This document shows, piece after piece, positions 14,051 to 26,100 of a DNA stretch of 64,000 nt (within the stretch, counting starts at the first letter, position 1; every line of letters begins with the position of its first letter). A program made the position numbers and the translations under genes. Below the pieces are notes generated by a model that saw nothing but the letters and a program-made list of their open reading frames with translations, made no database searches and was not told the origin of the DNA. Source of the stretch: Vicugna vicugna (taxonomy: Eukaryota); the NCBI GenBank assembly GCA_013265495.1, contig MU058687.1, forward strand, positions 4,586,093 to 4,650,092, given 5' to 3'.

Positions 14051-15593
14051 GACCTGAGCATCTTTCAATTTCTAGTTCAAGCACTACCTCCTCTGAAAAG
14101 CTTTCCCTGATGTGCCCAAAACACAACAGCCGCCATTTATTGAGAAGTTATGAGGTTGCCATACACTGTGTAACACAGTTTGCACACTGTATGTCTTTAA
14201 ATCTGCAGAATTGAGAGATAAGGGGAGAGACTGTGGAAAAGAGAGACAGATAAAGAGAGAAACAGAGAGAACCAGAGTACAAGGTTGGGTGGGGAGAGAG
14301 AGAGAAGGAGGGAGAATGAGAGAAGAAATCTTGGTCAAGGTATCTGTCCTTTGTAAACTTTAGTTTCCTTATCAGTAAAGCATTAATAAAGCCACCATCT
14401 TAAGTCTAGCTGGGTAACTACATGGGATGATTTCCATTACATGTTTCCCACAGTGCCTGGCGCATAACAAACTCTTAATAACAGCATCTGATATTATTGT
14501 TTCTGATGATAAGTTCCCTTTTTGCTGTAAGCATTCCTAGCACAGGTTGTGTTCTAGGTTCCATCCTCTGATCTCCATCGTTCATTTCAATTTCTACCTC
14601 CTCTGCCTCCTTTGAGGAAACCAGAGTCCGTGGTTTTTCATCTCTGGACAATGTCCATCACACAGAAACACAGATTATTTTTGAAGAAAAAAAAAAGTGG
14701 GAGAGAAAGAAGGAGGGAGGAGTACAGTAATGTGCTTGATAAAGTGTCAGAAGCTGCATAGGGTGGTGAGCTAGCACGGGGAACACTGCAGGAGTAGCAG
14801 TCAGCTCAGGTTCTGGTCAGAGCTTCCCACAGGGTCGCCGCTCCGACTGGAAAGTGACACAGCTATAGTGGTAAACTGGAAGAGCGACACAGACAGACAA
14901 AATTGTCCGCACATTATACATGTGAATTTTCACGTGTGTCCCCTATTCCTTTCTTCCTCTGGGAGGAATTGATACTCCAAAGGAGACTTGTCACAAAGTA
15001 GCATCTTCCCATGGCTGGGAACATCTGCTGTGAAATGTTCCACCAATGAAAGAGTTTGATTAGTTTTAAGAAAGCGGACTTGTGATCAAATAGCCAACAT
15101 TGCAAAGGGAGTTGAATTGCTTCCGTTCCTTCTTAGGCTAAAACAATCTGGCCTAGTCAAGGATGATTTTGGCCTGGGAAGCCCTGATTTCCAACCCAGA
15201 CTGACTGGCCTATTCCCAGGTCCAGAATTTTCTACATGCCTTTTTGTTTTCACTCATGGAGTAGTTTCAAGGACCCAAATAAAACAGCCTTAGTGAGAGT
15301 GTTGTATAGTAATGGTTGTAGTACCAACTTTGTCTGAGACTCTTCTCTGTGCCTGGCACACCCACCCAGCCCATTCAACTAGTCACACACAGCCTTGTCT
15401 TCATCCAGCACAACCTCACCCTTCCCTTGCCCTTGCAGTCGGTCTTCAAAAGTGTGAACACCTTTCTTGACACACTCACTTCTGCCTCTTCTCACATCAT
15501 GGTCTTCTTTAAAAGTCAGGAATTTCGAAAGGAAATTGAGGTCATAGAAAGTGAAAGATACGGGCTAACCCTGTTGCAAAGTGTATCGGCATC

Positions 15594-15683
15594 GGAGGGA
15601 GGGAATAGCTCAGTGGGAGAATGTGTGCGTAGCATGCACCAGGCGCTGGCTTCAACCCCCGGTGCCTCCATTAGATAAAGAAA
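15594..15683 (+). mobile_element. tRNA-derived SINE (camelid vic-1-like)
   Basis: GGAGGGAGGGAATAGCTCAGTGG (A box) ... GCTTCAACCCC (degenerate B box), A-rich tail. Imperfect TSD AAAGTGTATCGGCATC / AGAGTTGATCAGCATC. Confidence 0.8.
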
Positions 15684-16842
15684 AGAGTTGATCAGCATCA
15701 ATTACTATACAGCGGAGCTGGATGGGGCTTTCAGATGAATTTTTTTTCCTGTAATAAGGTTGAAAAATTATTTTGAGATTAATTTTTAAAAATGGAGAAT
15801 TCCGCCTAAAAATGAAAATCATTAGCTACTCTTGGCAAGCCAGAAGGCATTGCAATAATGTCTTCTGCAGAGTCTGGGCCTGCAATCTCTTGTGGCAAAA
15901 ATCTGCCAGAGATCAGGAGCAGTGGTTTCAGAGATTATTCGGAGGGCTGCAGTTTCCACGTTTCCTTTCACCCCACCGACAGCAAAGCTGGTGGTCAGTT
16001 CTAACAATAACAGCTAAATATGAAAATGCTTAAATGCTAGAAGCCTTAAACCCAGCCTGCTTTATTAATGCTTGAACTCTGGAGACGTTTGATCGTGCAA
16101 GCAAACTGTGCTATAAAGGACAGGAGAAGGGAATACCAAGCTAGATGTGTTACATGGTATTACCTCCTTACAGTGTCTCTTTACCTCCCCTTCTACGCTG
16201 TCTACTTCCACTCCCCCACCCTCCGCTACCTAAATATCTTTACTCCCAATAGAAGATGAATTATTAAAGACTTACAGCTTATGGACCAGAAGAAAAATTC
16301 TGCTTCTAAGCCCTGCAGTCTTAATTTTGCGATTCTGGCATTGAATGCCCCTAAATCAAGAAGAGGTTAAGAACAAATTAGCGAAATATCTATTGCTGCG
16401 CTAACAGGCAGTAATAGAACAGTCTGTCCATGTCCCCACTTCACAAGTCCACTTTCTCAACACTAATCAAAGCCTTTCATCTGCAGAACCTTCCACAGCA
16501 GGACTTTAGAAAGATGAGCAAGATCCCCCACACATATTCTACTTAGCAGAAAATTATCTTATTTTTCCCGTTTCAGAAATAAATATTCTCCCCTCTGACT
16601 TTCCCAGTCTTATTTTAAAATAGAGATAACCAGGAACTAAGTTGCTGCCTTGTTCTTTTCCCTTGAATCCATTCCCCATTCTTTTTTCACATTATGCATA
16701 TGTTTTTCTAAGTTTTGCTGACATAAATAAGCCTCTTTTATATTTTAACTTGGATTTATATTGCTTTTCAGGCTTATATCCTTAACTCTCAAAAAAAATT
16801 GGGAATTTTTCTCTCTATTGTACTGCATTACAATGCCTTAAG

Positions 16843-16844
<2 letters not shown>

Positions 16845-16886
<42 letters not shown>
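16845..16886. repeat. (GT)21 microsatellite
   Basis: Direct reading. Confidence 0.95.
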
Positions 16887-16888
<2 letters not shown>

Positions 16889-17249
16889 ATTGGCCTTTAT
16901 GAAATACACTCTTAAGTTCCCATTTCACCACTTGTGTGTCACCAACCCCACTCCCTCACAGCCCGTGATAAGCTTAAATGTTTATGAAGTAGCCCAGCCC
17001 CAGAATGACCTTTCTAAAAAAGTCCACATATGACCAATTTCTACCCCCACTTAAAACCGCCCTCCAGGTGACTCTTCGGTGACCTCAGGTTGAAATACAG
17101 TGTTTCATCACTCAAGGCTCATCGTGGTCTGCTGTCTCTCTCCCTTTCCAGCAGCATCTGTTTCATTCCCTCATCCAGATCCCAGCCATACAGCACAACT
17201 CAGGGTTCTGAGTACCGTGACACAGAGTTGGAACTTTCTGTATGTATGC

Positions 17250-17790
17250 AGTAGGTAGCCACTGAAAGATTTTGTTCAAAGGAGTGAAATTATGTGAGCT
17301 GTGCATTAGGAAGATTTCTCTGGGGAAACTGTGTAGCAGGCCCTTTAAAAAAAAAAGTGTTGGCAGCTAAGAACCACATCAGTTGTGTTTGTTCAGACAA
17401 AGAGACTGAACTGGGCTCTGGGAATGGGCCAGAGGGGCCAGAGCTGAGTGATGCTGTGGATAGAGAGAAACAGGCTACCAAGGAATGCCTTTAAAGTATT
17501 GAGCCTGAGTAAATGGAAGTATTGTAATGTCATTAAGCAAGGTATGGAACACACAATAAATATGGGATTAAAATGGGAGATGTGGAAAGTAATAATGAAA
17601 GTGGTGTGTTCAGGTCATTTATAGAAGGAGATCCAGCAGTTGGTTGTAGCTCAGATTTTGATGAGATTAGAAATTATAGAACTGGGTTCACTACTTAGAG
17701 GCAGAAGCTGAACCCATGTGATGTTTCACGTAAGGCCATCAAGGGAGGGGCTGTGGAACAGTATCACTGAGGAGAGAGCCTTGAGGGGGG
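17250..17790 (-). mobile_element. L2 fragment interrupted by the L1 at 17801
   Basis: GCCACTGAAAGATTTT...GCATTAGGAAGATTTCTCTGG; L2-like sequence resumes after 18192. Confidence 0.5.
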
Positions 17791-17800
17791 ACACATTTTT

Positions 17801-17891
17801 TTTGTTCTTTTCTTTATTAAATTTAAGCTTAGTCAGTTTACAATGTTGTGTTAATTCCTGGTGTACAGCACAGAGAATCAGTTACACACAC

Positions 17892-17926
<35 letters not shown>

Positions 17927-18182
17927 CCTTTTCATAGTCTTTTTCATTATAGGCTATTACAAGGTATCAAATATGGATCCGTGTGCTGTACAGTAGGACC
18001 TTGTTGTTTATGTATTTTATACATAGTAGTTAGTATCTGCAAATCCCAGACTCCCAGCTTATTCCTTCCTACTCCCTTCCCCCCCTAGTAATCATAAGTT
18101 TGTTTTCTATGTCTGTGAGTCACCTAAAACCTAAAAAATGTGGTTACCCCTACTTAGCAACAGAATCTTAAAAACGGAGAGA
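17801..18182 (-). mobile_element. Older 5'-truncated L1 3' end inserted in an L2, with internal (GT)n and about 60 bp of unexplained 5' sequence
   Basis: CAGTTTACAATGTTGTGTTAATT...CATAAGTTTGTTTTCTATGTCTGTGAGTC. TSD ACACATTTTT at 17791-17800 and 18183-18192, followed by AA. Confidence 0.8.
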
Positions 18183-20683
18183 ACACATTTTTAAGTTGTA
18201 GGTGACAGAAGACAAACTAAAGTCTGAGAATGAGAAATTGTCAGGTTCATTGCACCATTACCCCCATTTTTTCCCAATCTGAGAACACCCTTATCTAGAA
18301 TTTATAACAGTAACCTATCCCTTCCACCAAAATAAGAGCTATGTATTTAATCTGCAGTTACACATCCTATTGTGTTAACCAAAGGTCTTGCCCATTAGAG
18401 AAGGTAAAGCAGATGCTTCCATCTCCGCCTTTTCAGAGGAGGTGCGGCTCGAGTCAAGGTGATTGGCATGGTGCTAATGCAAAACAAGCCAAAATTGGGT
18501 TTATCTTCTGAGATCTTAATAGAGCATCCTCCTCAGGAGGAAACCTTTCTGACTTATCAGGCTTAGAAGTGAAATCTATTTACTTTTCATTTGTTTTCCA
18601 TCCTATCTACTTCTGTCATTTTCCTTTTTAATTACCAGAGTTATTTATATGGGAAACAAAGATCCCTCTTTTTTATTTCTGTGAGATCTTGTGGTTGATG
18701 TCTTGTTTCCCCCCACCATGGCAGTTATCTAAGGGGCAGTAGAATCTCTGCTTAGCGTGTGTGATTTCCCTGAAGAAATCTCAGTGTGAAGGAGATAAGA
18801 TACTAAGAGAGGGGTGGGTGAACAGAAACGGGATATGTGCATGCGAGTGGCAGGGGGTGTGGGGGTCGAGGTTGGTTGGTGGCCAGGAGGAGCACCTCAG
18901 GAGTTGTCTCAGATCCGAGAGAAAGTTGACAGAATGTCGGAGGGAATTTGAAAAGTAAGATAATGCAAGAATTACTCTAGAAGACATGAAGGAGACTTTC
19001 AGACCCATGACAAACATAGTAGAGCAGTAGGGCCTGGTGAAATGAGAAACCAGATCGTTCCACTGGCTCGTGGGGCTGGAACACAACTTCCTTCTGTGCT
19101 CTGGGATGATGAGCTCCCCCTTGTAACACATTTGGAGAACTTTTTAACTGTTAAGAACGTGTTCAGAATGCACTGCAAGGCCCACTCACATCCACTGATT
19201 TACATGGAACCCGTGGGGTTCAGTCACATTGAGATCTGTGTGAAAACCTGAAGGCCCCCCAAGGAGCTCAGACCAAAAGAAGAGAAACCGGGGTCCCTAA
19301 GGGAGGCTCACCATGAGTGACCCATTGGCTGGATTAAGTAGCATCACTGGGAGGTTGAGGAAAGGAAGTGGTTGCAAACGTCCTCAGATCCTCTTCCCCT
19401 GCATTGTCTGTGGGTTTGGGGAAAGAGATTGTTTGCAAAGGAAGGAACCATGTCTGTCAGGACGGTACTGTTCTTCCCTGGGACAGGCCTCTGGGAGTCC
19501 TGCATTGCAGCAAGAGGAAGACATTCTACACTGGCTGCAGGGGGACAAGGGCCCGAGAAGGCAGTGGTCTACATGTGGTGGCCAGCTCCACTGGGGACAG
19601 AATGAAAGCTTTCAAGGACACCCATGTTCTCCAGACCATGGGGCTGGAAATCTGATAGATGTAAGCACCTCTCCCACCCAGGAATTTCTGCAGAAAATAA
19701 TTGAAGTGGGCAGGAAATCCTAGGGCGAGACTAGATTTCTTATAACGAGGAAAGTGTGTGTTCAAGTATTGGGACAAATTGTGGAATCCCTCTGAGCAGG
19801 ATGCGTTGGAAATTTCATTTTAGCTCATGGCTTGCTCTTACTTGGTCAGCGTAAGTTCATCTAAAAAATAAGAAAAACTTAAAATGAATGGACCCGTTCC
19901 TCATTTCTACTCCTTGGCCTTAATTATTTTATTCCCGGCCTCCCCTCTTCCTATAGGCAAGAAGGGGAATGTCTGAGAGCCATATGTGTCTCCCAGGACA
20001 CCCTGGGTACCACTTGATGGCTCCCTTCCAAAAGTTCCCGCGTCTTCCTCAGACAAGGTCAGCAGAACGGCCCGTGCTGCCGTCACAGCAGCACTGTGCC
20101 CCCCAAATATGTTGTTAATTCTAGTTGATTCTGAGGACTGTGTGTTGGAAACTCACTTTCAGCAATCTGTTATCTGTTAAAGGGGGAAAAAAAAGAGCAA
20201 TTGGTTTCAAGCAATGGAGAAAATCAGCTCATTTGCAAAGACTGCTACTTAATGAGGCTCCTTGGTGACTCTTCAGAGACAATTTTAGACATTGAGAAGG
20301 AATATTTCACCTCCTCACTCTGCTTTGCAGCCTGGAGCAGAAGAAAGGGGAGACATCAAGTGTGTTTCTTTGTTTCCTTCGGAGACCCTATAATCATGGT
20401 GTTGAGGTGGTGCTAAGCAGGTGGTGAGCACACAGGCAGGCCAGGGAGGAAGCGGCCCAGGATCAAGGACGCCTGTCTCCCAGGCAAGGTTCATTACCAT
20501 GCTGGCCTCAGACCCCTTTAGCTGCAATCTGCTGAAAGGAAAAGAAAGACATTTGAAGAAAAAAATTGCTTTGCATTGCAGGCTTCAGAGGGAAACCCCC
20601 ATGGGGAAAAAAATGCTGGTGTTTGGGGAGGCGCTTTTCTATTTTGTTGTGTGGTAAATGACTCTTCGATTCCTCTTCATTCA

Positions 20684-20755
20684 TTTTTTATTGAAATAGA
20701 GTTTACCATGTTATGTCAATTTCTAGTGTACAGAATAACGTTTCAGTCATACATG

Positions 20756-20792
<37 letters not shown>

Positions 20793-21235
20793 CTTTTCAT
20801 ATTTTTTTTCATTTTTGTTTATTACAAGATATTGAATGTAGTTCCCTGTGCTCTGCAGTAGAAACTTGTTGTGTATCTCTTTTCTATATAGTAGTTAGAA
20901 TCTTCAAATCTTGAATTTATCCCTCCCCATCCCCCTTTTCCCCTAGTTACCATAAGTTTGTTTTCTATGTCTGTGAGTCTATTTCTGTTTTGTAAATAAG
21001 TTTATTGGTGTCATTTTTTTGGAGTCCACATATAAGTGATATCATATGGTATTTTTTTCTCTTTCTGACTTACTTCACTTAGTATAATGATCTCCACATC
21101 CATGTTGCTGCAAATGGCATTATTTTATTCTTTTTAATGGCTGAGTAGTATTCCATTACTTATACATTCCAAACTTCTTTATCCAGTCATCTGTCAATGG
21201 ACATTTAGGTTGTTTCTATGTTTTGGCTATTGTAA
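20684..21235 (-). mobile_element. 5'-truncated L1 (3'UTR plus ORF2 end)
   Basis: TTTTTATTGAAATAGAG...GTTGCTGCAAATGGCATTATTTTATTC...GGCTATTGTAAAT. 15-bp TSD ATTCCTCTTCATTCA at 20669-20683 and 21236-21250. Internal (TA)n. Confidence 0.9.
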
Positions 21236-21747
21236 ATTCCTCTTCATTCACTTTTTCACTTTATTCATTTTTTCCCCAGGGCTTTTGCTTGGCAATTTTG
21301 CCTCTGCTCCCATTACTTCACAGAAAGGTAGTGTTGATTTAAGGTCTGTCTCATTGAAAAGGAATGTCATCCTTCTTTCACTGCAGACCATTTAAAGATG
21401 CCACCCAATTATTTCTTATTTCAGGAAGCTTTCCTGGATTCCCTGACCCTGTTTTGAAATGGAATTCTTCTTCAGTCCTCCTAAAACTCATTGCATAGAG
21501 GTGATCACAAAGTCACACTATCAGGAAGTGGTCCAGACCATCTGGTTTAATTAAGGCTCCTGCCTCTGTAATGCTGGAAATAATTTTTTCTCAGCATTCA
21601 AGATGTACTCTAGACCTTCTCCACGATAAGCCAGATCATCCTGGTGCTAGGAATTACCAGCTAATGATCGCTAACACATTCAGGTTGCTTACCATGCCAG
21701 GTGTGTCACAGGAAGTGAGGAAAAGGCAGGATAGGGTGCAGAGGAGG

Positions 21748-21965
21748 AGCATGATGTCCAGAGCCAGAGGCATTGGGTGCAGATCCTGTCACTTGATCCC
21801 TGGGTGACATTGGTCGAGTGGCTTCACCTTCTAAGTTACAGCTTTCTCCTTTGTAGAATAGGGATAACTGTAGCTGCTGTAAGCTGTTGTCAGGGTTAGA
21901 TGAGATAATCTCAATTAGAACAATTATCATAATATCTCACGTAGTAAAAATGTTTATTATCCTTA
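21748..21965 (+). mobile_element. MIR SINE
   Basis: CAGAGCCAGAGGCATTGGGTGCAGATCCTG...GGGATAAC...GTTGTCAGGGTTAGATGAGATAAT. Confidence 0.65.
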
Positions 21966-22697
21966 TTATCCATTGTTTATCTCCAAATGCTTCAGTATAC
22001 TTTTCAACACCCTGTTATATGGCAAGGATCTTAGATTCTGAAATCGATGCACAGTGAACCTGCTGGCTGAAGACCAGTGGAATGGTAATTATGATAATAT
22101 CCGGGTACATTTTCTTCTCTAGACAATGGATTTTGAATCTCTGCTCAAGAAATTGATTGGCAGTGCTGTCTTAGATCACTGCCCTCTATTTCGCTATTTT
22201 TAAAGCAGAGGATGATTCTATCACATTTCCCAAATTGTGAGCTTTTGGAATCTAGGATTGAATATTTGCCATGGAGAATCTGGGGGCACATAACTAGAGG
22301 ATATATGATAATCCCTTACTCATTCTTAGAAAAAGGAAAGACAAAAAACTTTATCCCAGGAGTGCTTGTGGCTGAATGCTTTGCTATACATATATTAAAT
22401 GCATTCCTTCTTCCTCTCTCTCTCTCTCTCTCACACACACATACACACACACACACACTTCCCAGAAGAACATTTCTGCTACCTGAAGAAATGTTAGGAG
22501 GAATTACAGAATTTGATGTTATAAAATACTGTCTCAAACTCTTGCAGTTGTTTTTATTAGCCCTATTCCTCATAACAATTACTATTGTCATTAGTCAACA
22601 GTGGGTATCACCACTTTCTGTGCTAACACTTCTCAGATAGTTAGCAGCTACACAGAACTCCCCAATACTGCGAGCTCCGGACTATTTCCTGTGGTAG

Positions 22698-22712
22698 AGC
22701 GCCCCCTAGCAC
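22698..22712 (-). promoter_or_regulatory. Candidate CTCF motif
   Basis: Minus strand GTGCTAGGGGGCGCT matches the CTAGGGGGCGC core, with local CpG retention. 5' CC positions mismatch. Confidence 0.45.
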
Positions 22713-23085
22713 CTCCGCACACCTCTCAGTTCAGTTTGCTCTGAGACCCCAAAAACAGCTCCTCCGTTATCTGGGGGCAGCTTTCACCATTGAGGGAGCT
22801 AGGTTCTCTGAGAGCTCAAATGCCCAGTGTTAACCTCCTGGTATTTGTTCATCTGACTTCACAGCAGCTGCAACAGGGAAGGAGAATTTTCCGAGAGCCT
22901 GATCTGCTGGAGGCAGAGCAGGTGGCTTTCTCTCTGGTCGCCACTGAATTGAAAAGTCCCATTAATTTTGTCAAGCCAACTTACTTCTCTTAAGCTGCTA
23001 ATGATCTTCCTTTGGAAGAACTGCAATGGAGGAGTGGGCAGACTTTTATTAGAAAATATTTAAAGCTGTGTTTGCATGTGTTTGC

Positions 23086-23149
<64 letters not shown>
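23086..23149. repeat. Compound (GT)n(GA)n(GACA)n microsatellite
   Basis: Direct reading. Confidence 0.92.
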
Positions 23150-26100
23150 AAGAGAAACTGAGGCTCCCTGCCTGACTTTAGGTTTACGAAGTTCACATCT
23201 TAGTTTATGGCTGAAATGAAGAGATTTTGGCTGCTGTCTTATTTGTATTTAACTTGGGTGGCCCACCTTGGCATTAGATCAAAGCTCTGGGCCCTCTTTT
23301 TAAAGCGTTTGCATGTCTGGGAAGAAGGTGGCAGGCTCCTGCAGCAGAACAGGAGAGCGTATTGCTCAAACCCCTCTCCGAAGGCAGGGAGGGCGAGGGG
23401 GAGGTGTGAGATAATTTTAAAAATAAGACATGCTGCTAAATTCCCTGCCAACCTCCGTTCATGCTGAGTGGAGTGCAAGTAACAAGTATCAGATAGTCCC
23501 TCCAGGTGTCAGCTATTTAAAGAGGCACGTGCCAGAAGTTCTGTGGACGGCGACTGTCTTCCTCATCCCTGGTAAAGGCAGTGGCCGTGATGGTGTGGTA
23601 CTGGAGGTGGTGCCTGCCTCAGAGAAACTTTTGTCAACAACCAGTACATGTGAGAATGTGTTTGTGTCTTTAGGAAGCAAGGAAAGTTAGAGAGGGGGAG
23701 AAGAAACGACCTCATAAATAACTCAGGAAAGCCACTGTATCAATCTTAGTACAAGTAACACTTGAGTTTTAAATGTGTGCAGCAAGAGGAACATGAGGAA
23801 GCCTCTCCCTGATAGAACTGTCATAGCGTCCTTGAGAGATTGACTTATCGGCCAAGAAGTCATGCCATAAGAGGAAGGAGTCTTCAAGTTCAATTGGAAA
23901 CTTTTTCTGTTGTTTTACCTAAAACAAACAGCTTGAAAAAATAAGTTGTGACTATTCTCTTCTGTAATACTTTGAGTCCCAGTGCCTAAGGCCTTCTTTA
24001 CGGGAGAAGGCAGGTTGACCTGTGTGAGATAGTAATGGTTGGGATGAAAAGATAGGGTCTGTTCCTGTTCCTGTATTCAGAAAAGTGTAGCGTCGATGTT
24101 TAATCTTTATTATAGTCAATGCCCGCTCCCCCACCTGCTCGTTTGGTGTTATCTTACCACATTCATGCTCAAAACTTTCTGCAGAAGGCTATATATTTTT
24201 TAAAAAACAATCTATTCTCCTTCAGTTTCTACAAATTCAGACCTGATTTCTTGCCTTAATTCAAGTCTCAGTGTTGTTCCTTAACAACCAGAGGAGCTCC
24301 AGAAGATGCAGTTTTTTTTAACATTTCTCTGAGGATTAGTTCTTTAGGGTTTGTGTGGAAATGCAGTGAGCTAGCCTGCAGCTCTTAGTTTATTGTTGGT
24401 GGCAAACTCACGTAACTAGTCCTTCCTTTCTGGTTGGAGGTGACATTGGGCTCAACTCATCTTCGTGTCTTGTGTGAATCAGACACCCAAATAGACAGGT
24501 GGTCTAAGGAAAGAGGGCTGTGTGATTCAGGGAAGGTGGCATTTCTAGAAAAGAAGCATCGGTCTTTCCCTTCAACTCTTACATCTCTCACTTTTGAGGA
24601 ACAGAACAACGTGGAGGGGTCTTTTGGTCACGGCAAACACAGAGGGATCAGATGCTCTTCAAACAAATTGACTCGGGGAGACACTGTGGTCATGGTTTTC
24701 GGGTTTTGTTTTTTTTTTTTTCCTTGCCTTTTCTTTTCTGGATTCTTCTTCAGGAATCCCAGGTTGACACATTTGCAGAAAGAGATAAGAGGCGACCAAA
24801 CAGATGGTCACAACCTGTGTGGTCACTGCGTGGCTGCTTATAAAACAGTCCCAGTGTCCTATCTTTAGTTAGTCCCTTGATAGGGCAGGAGAGCTGGGCT
24901 TATGAAGTTAAATAAAAGCACCCTGTGTCAAAAGGAGGGGCCTCCCTTATCTGCTGTTTACAGTGATAGGAGAGGAGGTGTCGGCTTTCCTCCTCAGCTC
25001 TGCTTCCAGCCTTTCTTCCTACCTTCTGATTCACATTGTCTCATAAGGAAAACTTCCGTCTTTCAAATGAAGAAGATGTTCTGTTGTCAGCAATTACAGC
25101 TCCTCTAGTGTTTTTCTGAGACCCTTCTTTGCAGGAAACATCACTCTGGTTCTAGCATCAATAGAGTCATGTTTCAGTTTTTCCTATGTATATTTAATTG
25201 TTTCTTCTTCAACTTAGAGTCATACTGTTGAATGAAAACTGAGCCCAAGGTTGATGTTCTGGGGTCTTTCAGATGGAGAGCTGAGCTATCTTCAGTATAT
25301 TCCATGGAAAGGTTAGAACTTGGTCAGAAAGTCTGTTTTTCTTCTCCTAGTCCTTTTTACCCACCCTTCTCTTTACCTATCCATGGTGTGAAGAATGGCA
25401 TTCACTCATCTGTATCAGAGGGCAATTGCTGATGGCTTTGAACTATGGAATGACACTAGTTATGGTTGTAATTCCATAACATTTATAAGGCCTGAAATTT
25501 CCTCAGGCCTTGTAAATGTACTTTCTATTTCACATTTTTCTAAAATCTGTGATATGTAATAAATAAATAAATATATATATATATATATTTGCTTTATTAT
25601 TACCTTAAAGAGATACCAGTCATGTTCCTCATATACAAATATATATACACACACGCACACACATACATGCTGTGTATTAAAGAGGATTCATAGCTATGTA
25701 TATTCTGTTTCTTTAGGGTCTAGTGAAAATGGAGAAATGTTGTAAGAATGAAAAAGGAAATACAAATCTCAGGGTCCCAACAGGTAGGAAGGATGACATT
25801 ATCTTAACACAGCAGTGAAAAGAAAGTGATTAATTAAAAAAAATGAAATGGGAAAGAAAAGTCTCCCCCATTTAGGGCCCACGGAACCAGGCTGAACCAG
25901 AGAACAGAGAGACGCGTGTTGAAGGGTACTGCTGACAAGCCCCTCACCCCCACCCGCACCCCCACAGCCACCTACCGCATAGGTGTACATTGTCTCTGCA
26001 TGATTTAGTATCGGGAGCTATTCTGCATTTTGCAGTCTGGAGGCTGGAGTCCTCAGCATCCTTGCCACGTTACAGAAATAGAAAGCCCAGTATCATAGTC

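Noticed and set aside
19313..19777. Cluster of overlapping ORFs of 77-136 aa
   Set aside because: No recognisable homology or splice context; moderately GC-rich sequence, possibly an old LTR-element remnant.
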